Positions 22,977 to 34,518 of a stretch of DNA of 64,000 nt are shown here, piece by piece (the first letter of the stretch is position 1; every line of letters starts with the position of its first letter). Source of the DNA: Phaeosaccion multiseriatum. Taxonomy: Eukaryota > Protista > Ochrophyta, other classes. The position numbers and the translations under genes are program-made. The DNA lies in contig CBCOSG010000003.1 in assembly GCA_965112735.1 (NCBI GenBank), forward strand, positions 5,050 through 69,049, written 5' to 3'. The notes under the pieces are model-generated. The model had not been told where the DNA came from. It did no database searches and saw only the letters and a list, made by a program, of their open reading frames with translations.

Positions 22977-25900
22977 ATGGCTTTAAAAAAAGAAGAGAAA
23001 TATATTGCTCGTAAAGGTAATATGGTAAGTACCGAGTTTGAAAGTATGTACATTAAAACTTTACCTAATTTATTAGAAGTACAACGCTCCAGCTTTTGTT
23101 GGTTTTTATCAAATGGGTTAATTGATGAATTGATGAATTTTTCTTCTATTATGGACTTCGGTCAAAAATTTGAACTAAAACTTTATGCACGAGAAATTCG
23201 ACTTAAAAGGACAAAGACCAAAGGAGTAGAATTAAAAGATCGAGCAAGTTCATCAAATTTTAAAATTTATGTTCCTATTGAATTAAAACAGATAATTATT
23301 GATAAAGAATCGGATTTTTATTTTGATATTGAAAATGATCACAAAAACGTTAAAAATAATATTTGGACTGACTTATCTAATCAAATTGAAATTGAATTAG
23401 ATGAAATGAAAAAAAAACTTATAGATCATGAATCTCAATTATTAAAAGAATTAGAATTAGCTGAAACACAAGAAAACTATTTAAATTTTGAGCAACAACT
23501 ATTAAAAGAATTATTAGAAATAGAGACAAATTCTTCTGGTCCAAACATAATCATAAAAAAAAAAAGGATATTTTTAGGGGAAATTCCTCTAATGACAAAA
23601 AAAGGAACATTTATTGTGAATGGATGTGAGAGAGTAGTTATTAATCAATTAATTCGTAGTCCAGGAGTTTATTATAAGAAATTTAAAAAAAATCCTAATT
23701 CAAAAGAATTTGATTATTCAGCCACTATTATCTCTAACAAGGGCTCTTGGCTAACATTTAAAATAACCAAACGACGTTTTGCAGTTAAAGATGAAAAAAA
23801 TAATGAAATAACTACCTTAAAACCAGTAATATATCTTAAAATTGATAATAAATATGAAATCCCAATTAACTGGGTGTTTACTAGCTTAGGAATAACAGCA
23901 AATGAAATTAATCAGACAGTAGTAAATGCAGAAAAATTAAGAGAAATTATTGCGGATATAAAAATAGAGATAGAAGATATAAGAAAAAAAGATGAAAAAG
24001 AAAAAAATACAATTCAAATATTAGTAAAAAGACAAAGACAAGATGAGCTAGCCATCTATAGAGCTAGACAGTTATTAAAAAATAAAATTCTGAATCCTAG
24101 ATATTATGATTTAGGAGAAATTGGACGGGTAAGAATAAATAAAAAAGTCGGATTAGATTTACCATTATTTAAAACCCAATTAACTTCACAAGATTTTTTG
24201 AAAATTATTGACTATTTACTTGATGTAAGTTTGTCACAACGCAATGCAAAACTGGACCAAATCGATAATCTAAGAAATAAAAGAGTCCGTTCCGTGGGTG
24301 AATTATTACAAAATCAATTTCGGTTAGCTTTGAAAAGGTTAGAAAATAATTTTTCAGACAGAATAGCATTAATAAATCTGGATGTTTTAAATGCGAGTAA
24401 TCTAATAAGTCCTCATACTTTAACAAAAACAATGAAAGAATTTTTCGGGTCTAGCCAACTTTCTCAATATTATGATGAAACTAATCCACTAGCCGAATTA
24501 ACTCATAAACGTCGGGTAACCTCGTTAGGACCAGGTGGATTGAGTGGCGAACATGTTAGTTTCGCAGCGAGAGATATTCATCCAACCCAATACGGTCGAT
24601 TATGTCCTATAGAAACACCTGAAGGAAAAAATGCTGGCTTAATTTCTTCTTTGGCTTGCTATGCAAGAATTGATCAATATGGATATATTCAAACCCCATT
24701 TTTTAAAGTTAACCAAGGATTAATAGAGTATAAAGAATTTCCCACTTATTTAACAGCTGAACAAGAAGATTTATATAAAATCGCTTCAGCTGATATTAAT
24801 ATTAATGATAAAAATTATATTAATGGTAAATTAATTCCAGCAAAATATAACCAAGAATTTATCTTAGTTGATTTATACGAAATTGACTTAATATCGATTT
24901 CTCCAATTCAAGTATTATCAATAGGTACATCCCTAATTCCATTTTTGGAACATGATGATGCTAACCGGACATTAATGGGTTCAAACATGCAAAGACAAGC
25001 ATTGCCCTTATTATATCCTAAAAAGCCAATTATCGGTACAGGGTTAGAAGCTAAGGTAGCAATAGATTCTGGAGCAATGTTAATTAATTCACAATTAGGG
25101 ACTGTTCTTCAAGCAACTAGTAATCAAATTATTGTTAAGACTAAAAAAAATGCACATTATAATAAGTATTCTTTAGTAAAATACATCCGTTCAAATCAAA
25201 ATACATGTATTAATCAAATACCTGTTGTTTGGGGTGGAGAATTAGTTAAACCAGGTCAAGTTTTAGCTGATAGTCAAGGAACTGATAGTGGTGAACTAGC
25301 TCTTGGACAAAATCTTACAGTGGCATATATGCCTTGGGAAGGTTATAATTATGAAGATGCATTAGTTTTGAGTGACCGTTTAATATACGAAAATTTATTC
25401 AGTTCATTACATATAGAAAAATATGAGGTATCAATTGCGAGAACTGATACTGGTCCAGAAAAAATGACATGCGATTTACCTGATAGAAATTTTGATTCGA
25501 CAAAAAATTTAGAAAATAACGGCATAATTTATACGGGAGCCTTAGTTCAATCTGGAGATATTCTAGTTGGTAAAGTGAGTCCTAAAGTTAATTTAGATTT
25601 GACACCCGAAGGAAAGCTGCTACAGGCAGTATTCCAATATAGCTTACCTGATGTAGTAGATACCTCTTTCTGTGTTCCCGAAGGGATTTCGGGCCGTGTA
25701 ATTGAGACAATAATCTATGATACAAACGATGCAATAAATATGACCCATTTAGTTATAGTTTTTATTGCTCAAATTCGAAAAATTAAAATTGGAGACAAAA
25801 TTGCTGGTCGACATGGTAATAAAGGTATAGTTTCTACAATTTTACCAATTCAAGATATGCCATATTTACCAGATGGAACAATTGTTGACGTTATGTTAAA

Positions 25901-26570
25901 TCCATTAGGAGTCCCTTCTAGAATGAATGTTGGTCAAATTTTCGAATCATTACTTGGATTAGCAGGAAATGAATTAAATTCTCGTTTTAAAATATTTCCA
26001 TTTGATGAAATATACAGTAAAGAATCTTCCCGAATTTTAATTAATAAAAAATTAAAAGAGGCAGCTAAACAAACAAATAAACCATGGTTATTTGACGCAC
26101 ATACCCCCGGTAAAATGATTTTACGAGATGGCCGTACTGGAGAAACATTTGATAACCCAATTCTAGTGGGTAAAGCTTATATGTTAAAATTAGTTCACTT
26201 AGTGGATAAAAAAATTCATGCACGATGGACTGGACCATACTCTTTAATTACTCAACAACCCGTGAAAGGGCGAGCTCGAGGAGGAGGTCAAAGATTTGGG
26301 GAAATGGAAGTTTGGGCATTAGAAGCCTTTGGTGCAGCCTATACACTTCAAGAATTATTAACGCTTAAATCAGATGACATGAAAGGAAGAAATGAATTAT
26401 TAACAGCAATGGTAAAAGGTGAACCAATTCCAAAACCTGGTGTTCCCGAATCTTTTAAAGTTTTATTACGAGAATTGAGGGCTTTGGGATTAGATATAAC
26501 CACTTATAAAATAAGTAAAGTTGAGAATAAGCAAACGATAACTGACATGGAAGTTGATTTATTTAATTAA
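22977..26570 (+). CDS. rpoB: RNA polymerase beta
   Basis: GRLCPIETPEG, GDKIAGRHGNKG, GGQRFGEMEVWALE. Confidence 0.98.
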   Translation: MALKKEEKYIARKGNMVSTEFESMYIKTLPNLLEVQRSSFCWFLSNGLIDELMNFSSIMDFGQKFELKLYAREIRLKRTKTKGVELKDRASSSNFKIYVPIELKQIIIDKESDFYFDIENDHKNVKNNIWTDLSNQIEIELDEMKKKLIDHESQLLKELELAETQENYLNFEQQLLKELLEIETNSSGPNIIIKKKRIFLGEIPLMTKKGTFIVNGCERVVINQLIRSPGVYYKKFKKNPNSKEFDYSATIISNKGSWLTFKITKRRFAVKDEKNNEITTLKPVIYLKIDNKYEIPINWVFTSLGITANEINQTVVNAEKLREIIADIKIEIEDIRKKDEKEKNTIQILVKRQRQDELAIYRARQLLKNKILNPRYYDLGEIGRVRINKKVGLDLPLFKTQLTSQDFLKIIDYLLDVSLSQRNAKLDQIDNLRNKRVRSVGELLQNQFRLALKRLENNFSDRIALINLDVLNASNLISPHTLTKTMKEFFGSSQLSQYYDETNPLAELTHKRRVTSLGPGGLSGEHVSFAARDIHPTQYGRLCPIETPEGKNAGLISSLACYARIDQYGYIQTPFFKVNQGLIEYKEFPTYLTAEQEDLYKIASADININDKNYINGKLIPAKYNQEFILVDLYEIDLISISPIQVLSIGTSLIPFLEHDDANRTLMGSNMQRQALPLLYPKKPIIGTGLEAKVAIDSGAMLINSQLGTVLQATSNQIIVKTKKNAHYNKYSLVKYIRSNQNTCINQIPVVWGGELVKPGQVLADSQGTDSGELALGQNLTVAYMPWEGYNYEDALVLSDRLIYENLFSSLHIEKYEVSIARTDTGPEKMTCDLPDRNFDSTKNLENNGIIYTGALVQSGDILVGKVSPKVNLDLTPEGKLLQAVFQYSLPDVVDTSFCVPEGISGRVIETIIYDTNDAINMTHLVIVFIAQIRKIKIGDKIAGRHGNKGIVSTILPIQDMPYLPDGTIVDVMLNPLGVPSRMNVGQIFESLLGLAGNELNSRFKIFPFDEIYSKESSRILINKKLKEAAKQTNKPWLFDAHTPGKMILRDGRTGETFDNPILVGKAYMLKLVHLVDKKIHARWTGPYSLITQQPVKGRARGGGQRFGEMEVWALEAFGAAYTLQELLTLKSDDMKGRNELLTAMVKGEPIPKPGVPESFKVLLRELRALGLDITTYKISKVENKQTITDMEVDLFN

Positions 26571-26620
26571 TAATTTATAGTTTTATTTGTACACATTAAT
26601 TAATTTATTTAAAACATATT

Positions 26621-28599
26621 ATGGAAAAAAATCCTTTAACTAAAACGAGCTTAAATCGACAAAAAACAGCATTTGATTATATTAAAATTAATTTAGCTTC
26701 TCCTAAAAGAATTCGCGAATGGAGTGAAAGAATTTTACCTAACGGACAAATTGTTGGGGAAATAACTACTTCGGATACTCTGAACTACCGAAGTTTGAAA
26801 CCAGAAATGGGAGGTTTATTTTGCGAGAGGATTTTTGGTCCTCAGAAAAGTTGGGAATGCAGTTGTGGCAAATATAAACATATTCGACGTCCAATTTCTT
26901 CAATTTGTGAAGTTTGTAATGTTGAAGTTACAGAATCTTTGGTTAGACGACATCGGATGGGGTATATTGAATTGTTGGCTCCAACAACTCATATCTGGTA
27001 CTTGAAAGGACGTCCCAGTTATTTATCTTATGTATTAGAAAACGTAAAAGAAGATGATGAATTTTATGATGAGGAAGGAAAAAAAGAAATAAATTTTAAA
27101 TATACAGTAAAAAACCTTGAAAAAATAATTTATTCCCGGCAAAATAATGAACCAAAAGATGAAGAGTCAACAGTTAGAAGCTTTTCTGCAGATGAGGCAG
27201 AACTTTATTTGGAAGTGGATGAAAATAGAGATGAAGAGGAAGATGATGATGAAGACATCTATAGTGAAAAAAAAGAAGAACTATTGAAACTATTTATAAT
27301 GCATTAAAAAATATTAATTTAAGTGAACTTGTAAAAAATTTACGTGCAGAATTATATTCGAAAAAAACTAAGCCTGAATTACAACAAAAAAAACAAGTTA
27401 AAGTAATCCGGGTATTAGAAAGTTTCTTAGCTACCGATTCTGATCCTTTATGGATGATGTTAACTGTTTTACCTGTAATTCCACCAGCTTTACGTCCTTT
27501 AATGGAGTTAAATACCGGAAGGCTTGCCTCATCTGATTTAAATGATTTATATAGAAAAATTATTATCCGTAACCATAGATTAGAAAGACTTTACTTTATA
27601 TATGCTCCAGAAAATGTAATAAGAAGTGAAAAGAGGTTATTGCAAGAATCAGTTGATGCTTTAATTGATAATGGAAAGAGAGGAGCTGCTGTGGTCGATG
27701 CAAATAATCGACCATTAAAATCATTAGCTCAGACGGTAAAAGGAAAACAAGGACGTTTCCGGCAAAATCTCTTAGGAAAAAGAGTAGATTATTCAGGCCG
27801 ATCAGTTATTATTGTAGGACCTAATTTACAATTAAATCAATGTGGAATTCCTTTTGAACTTGGTATTAAATTATTAAAACCTTTTTTAATTCAAAGATTA
27901 ATTGATTATAATTTTTCAGGAACTATAACTACGGCTAAACAAATCATTAATAAAAAAGATTCTTTTATTTGGAATCTATTATACTCGGTTAGTAAAGAAC
28001 ATTCAGTCTTATTAAATAGAGCCCCTACTTTACACCGATTAGGTATTCAAGCTTTTGAACCAGTTATAATTAGGGGGTCTGCCATTCAGCTCCATCCTTT
28101 AGTTTGTTCAGCATTTAATGCTGATTTTGATGGAGATCAAATGGCTGTTCATATTCCATTATCCCCAGAAGCTCAAGTAGAAGCTAAATTACTATTATTT
28201 GCCCCAAATAATTTTTTATCTACTTCAGGTGGTCAACCAAGTTTACAACCAACACAAGATATGGTTTTAGGTTTTTATTATTTAACTACTACAAGTTATA
28301 CAAATTTAATAGGTTCAAATCACTATTTTAGCAGTTTTAAAGATGCCCTTTCGGCTTATGAAAATAAACAATTAAAAACCCACTCTTTTATCTGGGTTCG
28401 ATGCCCACAAGATTTTAAAATTATGGGTCAATTAAATTTTATTAAAACTGTAACCTTAGATGATAAAACCACAATTAAATTTTACGATAATTTACAGGTT
28501 CGTTATTCTAAAAATGATAAAATTATTGTTAAATATGTAAGAACAACTCCTGGACGAATAATTTTTAATAATACTTTAAACAGTATTTTAACCGTTTAA
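26621..28599 (+). CDS. rpoC1: RNA polymerase beta' (one frameshift at poly-A ~27266-27273)
   Basis: N-part has zinc finger CERIFGP..C.CGKY; C-part has [12 protein letters not shown]; downstream frame open from ~27270 ([11 protein letters not shown]). Confidence 0.95.
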
Positions 28600-28616
28600 T
28601 TTACCAAACACAGATA

Positions 28617-31600
28617 ATGACAAAATATAACAAATTATTCCGGAATATAGTGGTTGGCAAGAGTGAATTAAAACAAATAATGTTATGGTCTTTCAATAAT
28701 TTCGGCCGAATCAAAGCTTGTTTTTTAGCAAATGAATTAAAAGATTTAGGGTTCTATTACTCTACTAAGGCAGGTATTTCTATTAGTTTAGAAGATTTAC
28801 ATGTACCTCCTATTAAAAAAACTTTTATACAAGTTGGGAATCAAAATACTGAAGAAACGTCTTTTAAAACTACACGTGGAGAAATTACAGAAGTTGAAAG
28901 ACTTCAAAAAATTATTAAAATATGGGGAAGTATTAGTGAATCATTAAAAACTCGTGTAATGGAATTTTTTCGAGAAACTGATCCATTAAATTCTGTTTTT
29001 ATGATGGCATTTTCAGGCGCCCGTGGAAACATATCTCAAGTACGACAGTTAGTTGGTATGAGAGGACTAATGGCTGATTCATATGGACGAATCATTGATT
29101 TACCGATTCAGAATAATTTTCGAGAAGGGTTAACAGTTACTGATTATTTAATTTCATCTTATGGTGCCAGAAAAGGAATTGTAGATACAGCCTTAAGAAC
29201 AGCTGATTCTGGATATTTAACACGACGCTTAATTGATGTGGCTCAAGATATTTTAACCCGCGAAATTGACTGTCAAACAAAAAAAGGTGTAATTCTTTCA
29301 CAATTTGAAGAAAATGATGAATTTAGTTTATCTTTTGAGGAAAAAATTTTAGGTAGACTTTTGGCTAGTCCTATTAAGCACCCGATAACTGGCAAATTAA
29401 TAGCTGAATTTAATCAAGAAATTGATCTAAATTTAATACGCCAAATTAAGACTTTACAGATTATTGAGATAGCTATTCGATCTCCCTTAACTTGCAACTC
29501 TAGTCGAGGAATCTGTCAAAAATGTTACGGTTGGGATTTATCAGTACGAAATATAATTGAATTAGGTGAAGCTGTTGGAATTATTGCTGCTCAATCTATT
29601 GGAGAACCCGGTACACAATTAACAATGAGGACATTTCACACTGGTGGAGTTTTTAATCTTGAGCCCAGTCGACAAGTTTGTGCTGAGTTAGCTGGACAAG
29701 TGCATTTTAATACAGAGTTTAAGATGGGTAAAATACGCACAACTAATGGTGACTTTGTGTCAGTAACACAACAGCCAGGGACTATAAGTATTGTGGACTA
29801 TAAAAATATATCATATGTAGTTCATGTACCTTCAAAAACTGAAATACTAGTAAACGATGATACCTATATTAGGAAAGGCGAAGTACTTTTTGAATTGAAG
29901 TCAAAAACAGCATTTATAAATGAAGAAGAAAATATACGATATATTCAGACTAGTCACTCTGGGGAAATTTTTACTCAATCTTTAATATTTAATTCTTCAT
30001 ACCATCTAGTACTTTGGGTTTTAGCTGGAACGAGCTATGATATTCCTATTAAATCTAAATTGAAATTAAAACCTTTTTCTAAAGTATGTAAAAACAAATC
30101 ATTAACCTATAATACTTTAGCTAATTTAACCCCTGGTTTTATCTGTCAGGTCATTAATCCCATAGAAAATATTTTAGAAGGGTTTCAAATATCTCAAGAA
30201 CTTAATTTTCCCAAAAAATCAAAGTTTTATTTGGAAAATGAAGAAGTTTTTCAACAAGCTAAATCTTTACAAAATTTAAAATTTTATCTAGAAAAAAATA
30301 TAAACGGAACTAATGAAATAAAAGGATATGGTATTGATAATAATCAATTATTATTAGATTTTTTCATACCTCAAAATTTTTTAAATAGTAATGGTTTTCC
30401 AATAGGATATTTAGAAAACTCCAAATATACTATAAAAACCGGGGGAATGATCATTTATTTAAGTTATATGTCCATAGAAACAAGCTGTAGTATTTTTTAC
30501 ATCCCCCAAGCTACACATACTATAAATTCAGATGCAAAGAGTTTAAAAGTTAAATCGGGAGAGCTTATTAATTCTAATACTGAAATTTTTCCTGGCCAAT
30601 TTACTAATTTTGGTGGAATTGTAGAAGTTATTAAAACCAATAAGAAATTAATTAAAGAAATTACAATAAAACCTGGAGAAAAAATTAAATTAACAGGTAA
30701 AAAAAATATTAATAAGTACCATGAACAACTCTATTATCCTGGGGAATTATTATTTGATGATTATAAAATTAAACGATTAAGCTATATTGAAGTCATAAAA
30801 ATAAAAAAAACAAGTTTTATTTTGGTGAGACCAATTACTCGGTATGAAATTATGGAGCTGCAAAATAAAAATATGAATTTTGTGTTTGGTACTAATTTAC
30901 CGTTAAAAATTGAACCAATCCGATTAAACCAGAAACTTAGAGATTTTATTACTACAGATCAATCTACTGTACTCTTTAATAGACCGTTAACTTTACTCCG
31001 GACATTAGAAAAAATATCGCCGACAGTATATTTTGAATTAGACAGTATGAATCAGGGATATATCAATCTTGTAGCCCATAAAGAATTTGATTATAAAACT
31101 GTAGAAAAAGAAACATTATTAATTCAAGACTATGTTCCAACTGAAATTAAAAAAATAAATAAAGCATTAAAAATATTAGTAGAAGAAAATCAATTTATTG
31201 AACCTTATACTTCATTACTTGCATTTAATGTTTTAAGTTCAAAAACTGGTAAAATTAATGTAATAAAAGACCAATTTATAGATAATAAAAGAAAAATATT
31301 AATAATTCATGACCATGATTATAAAAAAATTTATTTGGAAAAGAAAAGTAGTAAAATTTCCATCAATAAATTTTTAAAAGCTGGTAATCAAATTACAAAA
31401 AATATAAAAGTTAAAAATTCTGGTGTAATAACTCATTATTCCGGAAGTAAAATTTTAATTAGACCAGGCACAGCTTATTTATTTTCTGAGGGAGCAAAAA
31501 TTACTAAAAAATCTGGGTTGTTTGTTGCTGAGCAAGAAGAATTAGGTAAAATTTCTTACAAGAGAGCTAAAACAAGCGATATAGTACAAGGTTTACCTAG

Positions 31601-32537
31601 AGTAGAAGAAATTTTAGAAGCTCGCCAACCAAAAAATATTTCAACAATTTCACTTGTACCGCGTATTGTCAGAAAATTAGAATACACTAATGCCGGCATT
31701 CTAGTTTGGTTACATAAACCATTTAAGACTTCTTATTCACGTGGGGAATTCGAAAAAAAAGAATACTATTCCATTAAGAAATTAGAAAAAATATCTATTG
31801 AAAAATTTGAATTTTTAAATGTTGCGACACCATTATATGAAACGGTTTTAAACCCACATCTTATTTTAAATACTTATTTTGATTATTACCGAACTTTATC
31901 TTTTTTTGATTTATCTCCGTATCACTATACTTCACGTAGTTTTTCAAAAGTTCAAAGTTTCTTATTAAAATCGATACAAGAAGTTTATTGCTCTCAGGGA
32001 GTAAAAATTTCCGATAAACATATTGAATTAATAATTAGACAAATGACGAAAAATGTTGAAATAACTGCAGCAAATAATTCTGAACTTCTGCCCCATGAAA
32101 TAATTAGTTTAAAAAAAGTTCATTATATTAACCAATCTTTAACTCTAAACCAAAAAAAAGGAGAAAAGAAAACGGAATATATTAAATATATTCCCGTACT
32201 ATCAGGAATTACGAAAGCAGCTTTAAGTACAACTAGTTTTATTTCAGCAGCAAGTTTTCAGGAAACAACTCGAATATTAACGGAAGCCGCTATATATGGG
32301 AAAATAGATTGGTTAGAAGGTTTAAAAGAAAATGTTATCGTCGGAAGATTAATTCCTGCTGGAACAGGGTTTAATGCTTACAATGACCTTTGTTTCCAAA
32401 CAACAATATTTCCATCAAAGAATTTTTCTGACAAAAAATTATTAGAAATTAAAAAAACACCTCAAAAACTAAATTATTCACGATTAAAAAATTCTTTAAA
32501 ACAAAAAAAATTAAATTTTAGGCCTGTTTCTTTTTAA
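28617..32537 (+). CDS. rpoC2: RNA polymerase beta''
   Basis: SGARG, TADSGYLTRRL, GEPGTQLTMRTFH, SFISAASFQETT. Confidence 0.98.
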   Translation: MTKYNKLFRNIVVGKSELKQIMLWSFNNFGRIKACFLANELKDLGFYYSTKAGISISLEDLHVPPIKKTFIQVGNQNTEETSFKTTRGEITEVERLQKIIKIWGSISESLKTRVMEFFRETDPLNSVFMMAFSGARGNISQVRQLVGMRGLMADSYGRIIDLPIQNNFREGLTVTDYLISSYGARKGIVDTALRTADSGYLTRRLIDVAQDILTREIDCQTKKGVILSQFEENDEFSLSFEEKILGRLLASPIKHPITGKLIAEFNQEIDLNLIRQIKTLQIIEIAIRSPLTCNSSRGICQKCYGWDLSVRNIIELGEAVGIIAAQSIGEPGTQLTMRTFHTGGVFNLEPSRQVCAELAGQVHFNTEFKMGKIRTTNGDFVSVTQQPGTISIVDYKNISYVVHVPSKTEILVNDDTYIRKGEVLFELKSKTAFINEEENIRYIQTSHSGEIFTQSLIFNSSYHLVLWVLAGTSYDIPIKSKLKLKPFSKVCKNKSLTYNTLANLTPGFICQVINPIENILEGFQISQELNFPKKSKFYLENEEVFQQAKSLQNLKFYLEKNINGTNEIKGYGIDNNQLLLDFFIPQNFLNSNGFPIGYLENSKYTIKTGGMIIYLSYMSIETSCSIFYIPQATHTINSDAKSLKVKSGELINSNTEIFPGQFTNFGGIVEVIKTNKKLIKEITIKPGEKIKLTGKKNINKYHEQLYYPGELLFDDYKIKRLSYIEVIKIKKTSFILVRPITRYEIMELQNKNMNFVFGTNLPLKIEPIRLNQKLRDFITTDQSTVLFNRPLTLLRTLEKISPTVYFELDSMNQGYINLVAHKEFDYKTVEKETLLIQDYVPTEIKKINKALKILVEENQFIEPYTSLLAFNVLSSKTGKINVIKDQFIDNKRKILIIHDHDYKKIYLEKKSSKISINKFLKAGNQITKNIKVKNSGVITHYSGSKILIRPGTAYLFSEGAKITKKSGLFVAEQEELGKISYKRAKTSDIVQGLPRVEEILEARQPKNISTISLVPRIVRKLEYTNAGILVWLHKPFKTSYSRGEFEKKEYYSIKKLEKISIEKFEFLNVATPLYETVLNPHLILNTYFDYYRTLSFFDLSPYHYTSRSFSKVQSFLLKSIQEVYCSQGVKISDKHIELIIRQMTKNVEITAANNSELLPHEIISLKKVHYINQSLTLNQKKGEKKTEYIKYIPVLSGITKAALSTTSFISAASFQETTRILTEAAIYGKIDWLEGLKENVIVGRLIPAGTGFNAYNDLCFQTTIFPSKNFSDKKLLEIKKTPQKLNYSRLKNSLKQKKLNFRPVSF

Positions 32538-32706
32538 AATTTTAAGTGTAATATATCTTGGTATCATTCAATTTAAAAAAGTTAAGTTTTTTATAAACTA
32601 AACTTTTTATTTCCTTGAAAGGACAAATCCAATTAAGTTATTAAGTATTAAAAAATACAGTTTTATTTTTTTTTAGTTAGAAAAATAATAAAAATATAAA
32701 AAATTT

Positions 32707-33395
32707 ATGAAAGAAATTCAAAAAAAAACTGTATTAAAAGAACTTTTAGAAGCTGGAGTACATTTTGGTCATAAAGCTCACCGTTGGCATCCAAAAATGT
32801 TTCCTTATATTTATACAGAAAAAAATCATGTTCATATTATTGATCTTATTCAAACATATCATTTATTAAAAAAAACATGTAAATTAGTTGAAGAGGCAAC
32901 TAAAAAAAAAAGACAGTTTTATTTGTAGCAACAAAAAGACAAGCTGCCCCTATTATTGAAAAAGAAGCAATACGTTGTGGCAGTTATTATATTAATCACC
33001 GGTGGTTAGGCGGTATGTTAACTAATTGGACTACAATATATAAACGAATTCAATATTTAAATGAACTAGAACAAAGAGATAAGGAAGGGTTATTAGACTT
33101 ATTACCAAAAAAAGAAGCGATAAAAAAGAAAAAAGAACTAAATCGTTTGCACCGATATTTCGATGGAGTTAAAAATATGGATAACCGACCTGACATTATA
33201 TTTGTTATTGATCAAAAAAGAGAAATGATTGCTATAAAAGAAGCCCGTTCTCTAAATATCCCTATTATTTCTATTTTGGATACAAACTGTAATCCCGATC
33301 TAATAACGTACCCTATTCCGGGAAATGATGATGGTATTCGTTCTATAAAATATATTGTAGAAAAAATAGCCGATAGTATATGCTTAGCCCAATAG
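32707..33395 (+). CDS. rps2: Ribosomal protein S2 (frameshift in poly-A ~32902-32911)
   Basis: AGVHFGH..W.PKM in first frame; [21 protein letters not shown] and DTNCNPD in second. Confidence 0.95.
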
Positions 33396-33483
33396 CAAAT
33401 AAAAATTAACACCTAAGTTCTTATGAAAAAAATTTAAATTTTAAACAGTATTTTATTAATTTTAATTAAAAAACAACGGAAAC

Positions 33484-34089
33484 ATGAATATACAAATTAG
33501 TCCCCAACTAGTTAAAAAACTTAGAACTAAGACTGGGGCTGGAATGATGGACTGTAAGAAAGCTCTTCAGGTAAATGATGGAGATTTTGATAAAGCAACT
33601 GAAAGTTTACGACAAAAAGGCTTATTATTTGCAGATAAAAAATCTGATAGGCAAGCTAGTGAAGGAATTATATCTAGCTATATACATACAGGTGCAAAAT
33701 TAGGAGTACTGATTGAAGTAAATTGTGAAACTGATTTTGTTGCCCGTCGACCTGAATTTCAAACTTTAGTTAAAAATATTTCAATGCAAATTGCTGCATC
33801 ACCTTCCGTTAATTATGTTTCAACAAAAAATATTCCTGATTTAGTAATAGAGAATGAAAAATCTATTGAATTAGCAAAAGAAGATTTAATAAATAAATCA
33901 GAAGATATAAAAATGAAAATTGTTGAAGGTAGAATAGAAAAATTTTTAAAAACTAAAAGTTTACTAGACCAACCTTTTATTAAAAATACGGAAATAACTG
34001 TTGAGGAATTAATAAAACAGACTGTTAATCTATTAGGAGAAAATATTCAGGTTTCAAGATTTATAAGATTTGAACTCGGACAAACATAG
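33484..34089 (+). CDS. tsf: Elongation factor Ts
   Basis: [27 protein letters not shown]. Confidence 0.97.
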   Translation: MNIQISPQLVKKLRTKTGAGMMDCKKALQVNDGDFDKATESLRQKGLLFADKKSDRQASEGIISSYIHTGAKLGVLIEVNCETDFVARRPEFQTLVKNISMQIAASPSVNYVSTKNIPDLVIENEKSIELAKEDLINKSEDIKMKIVEGRIEKFLKTKSLLDQPFIKNTEITVEELIKQTVNLLGENIQVSRFIRFELGQT

Positions 34090-34117
34090 AGATTTAGATT
34101 CAAAATTTGTTTTGGAC

Positions 34118-34168
34118 TAGAAAATATTTTTATTTAATATTATTAATATTAAATAAAAATATTTTCTA
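34118..34168. terminator. 23-bp perfect stem-loop between convergent tsf and rps10
   Basis: tagaaaatatttttatttaatat / atattaaataaaaatattttcta. Confidence 0.75.
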
Positions 34169-34480
34169 ATCTAAAACGAATTTAATAGATACTCCAGCAG
34201 GTAAATTGACTTGCAAAAAGTCCGTGGGATCTTGGCCGGACTTAGGGTAGATATCTAAAATTCTTTTATACCTTCTTATCTCAAATTGTTCACGTGAATC
34301 TTTATTTACATGGGGAGAACGAAGAACACAATAAATTCTTCGCCGCGTAGGAAATGGGATGGCACCTTTAATATTTTGTTTTATTTCAGTTTTTAATATT
34401 TCAGTTTTTAATATTTTACAAGATTCATCTAAAATTTGATAATCAAATGATTGTAAAAAGATACGAATTTTTTTTTGCAT
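34166..34480 (-). CDS. rps10: Ribosomal protein S10
   Basis: VLRSPHVNKDSREQFE. Confidence 0.97.
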   Translation of the reverse strand: MQKKIRIFLQSFDYQILDESCKILKTEILKTEIKQNIKGAIPFPTRRRIYCVLRSPHVNKDSREQFEIRRYKRILDIYPKSGQDPTDFLQVNLPAGVSIKFVLD

Positions 34481-34518
34481 ATAATTATGTTTTTATAATA
34501 AAAATAAAAATTTTATAG

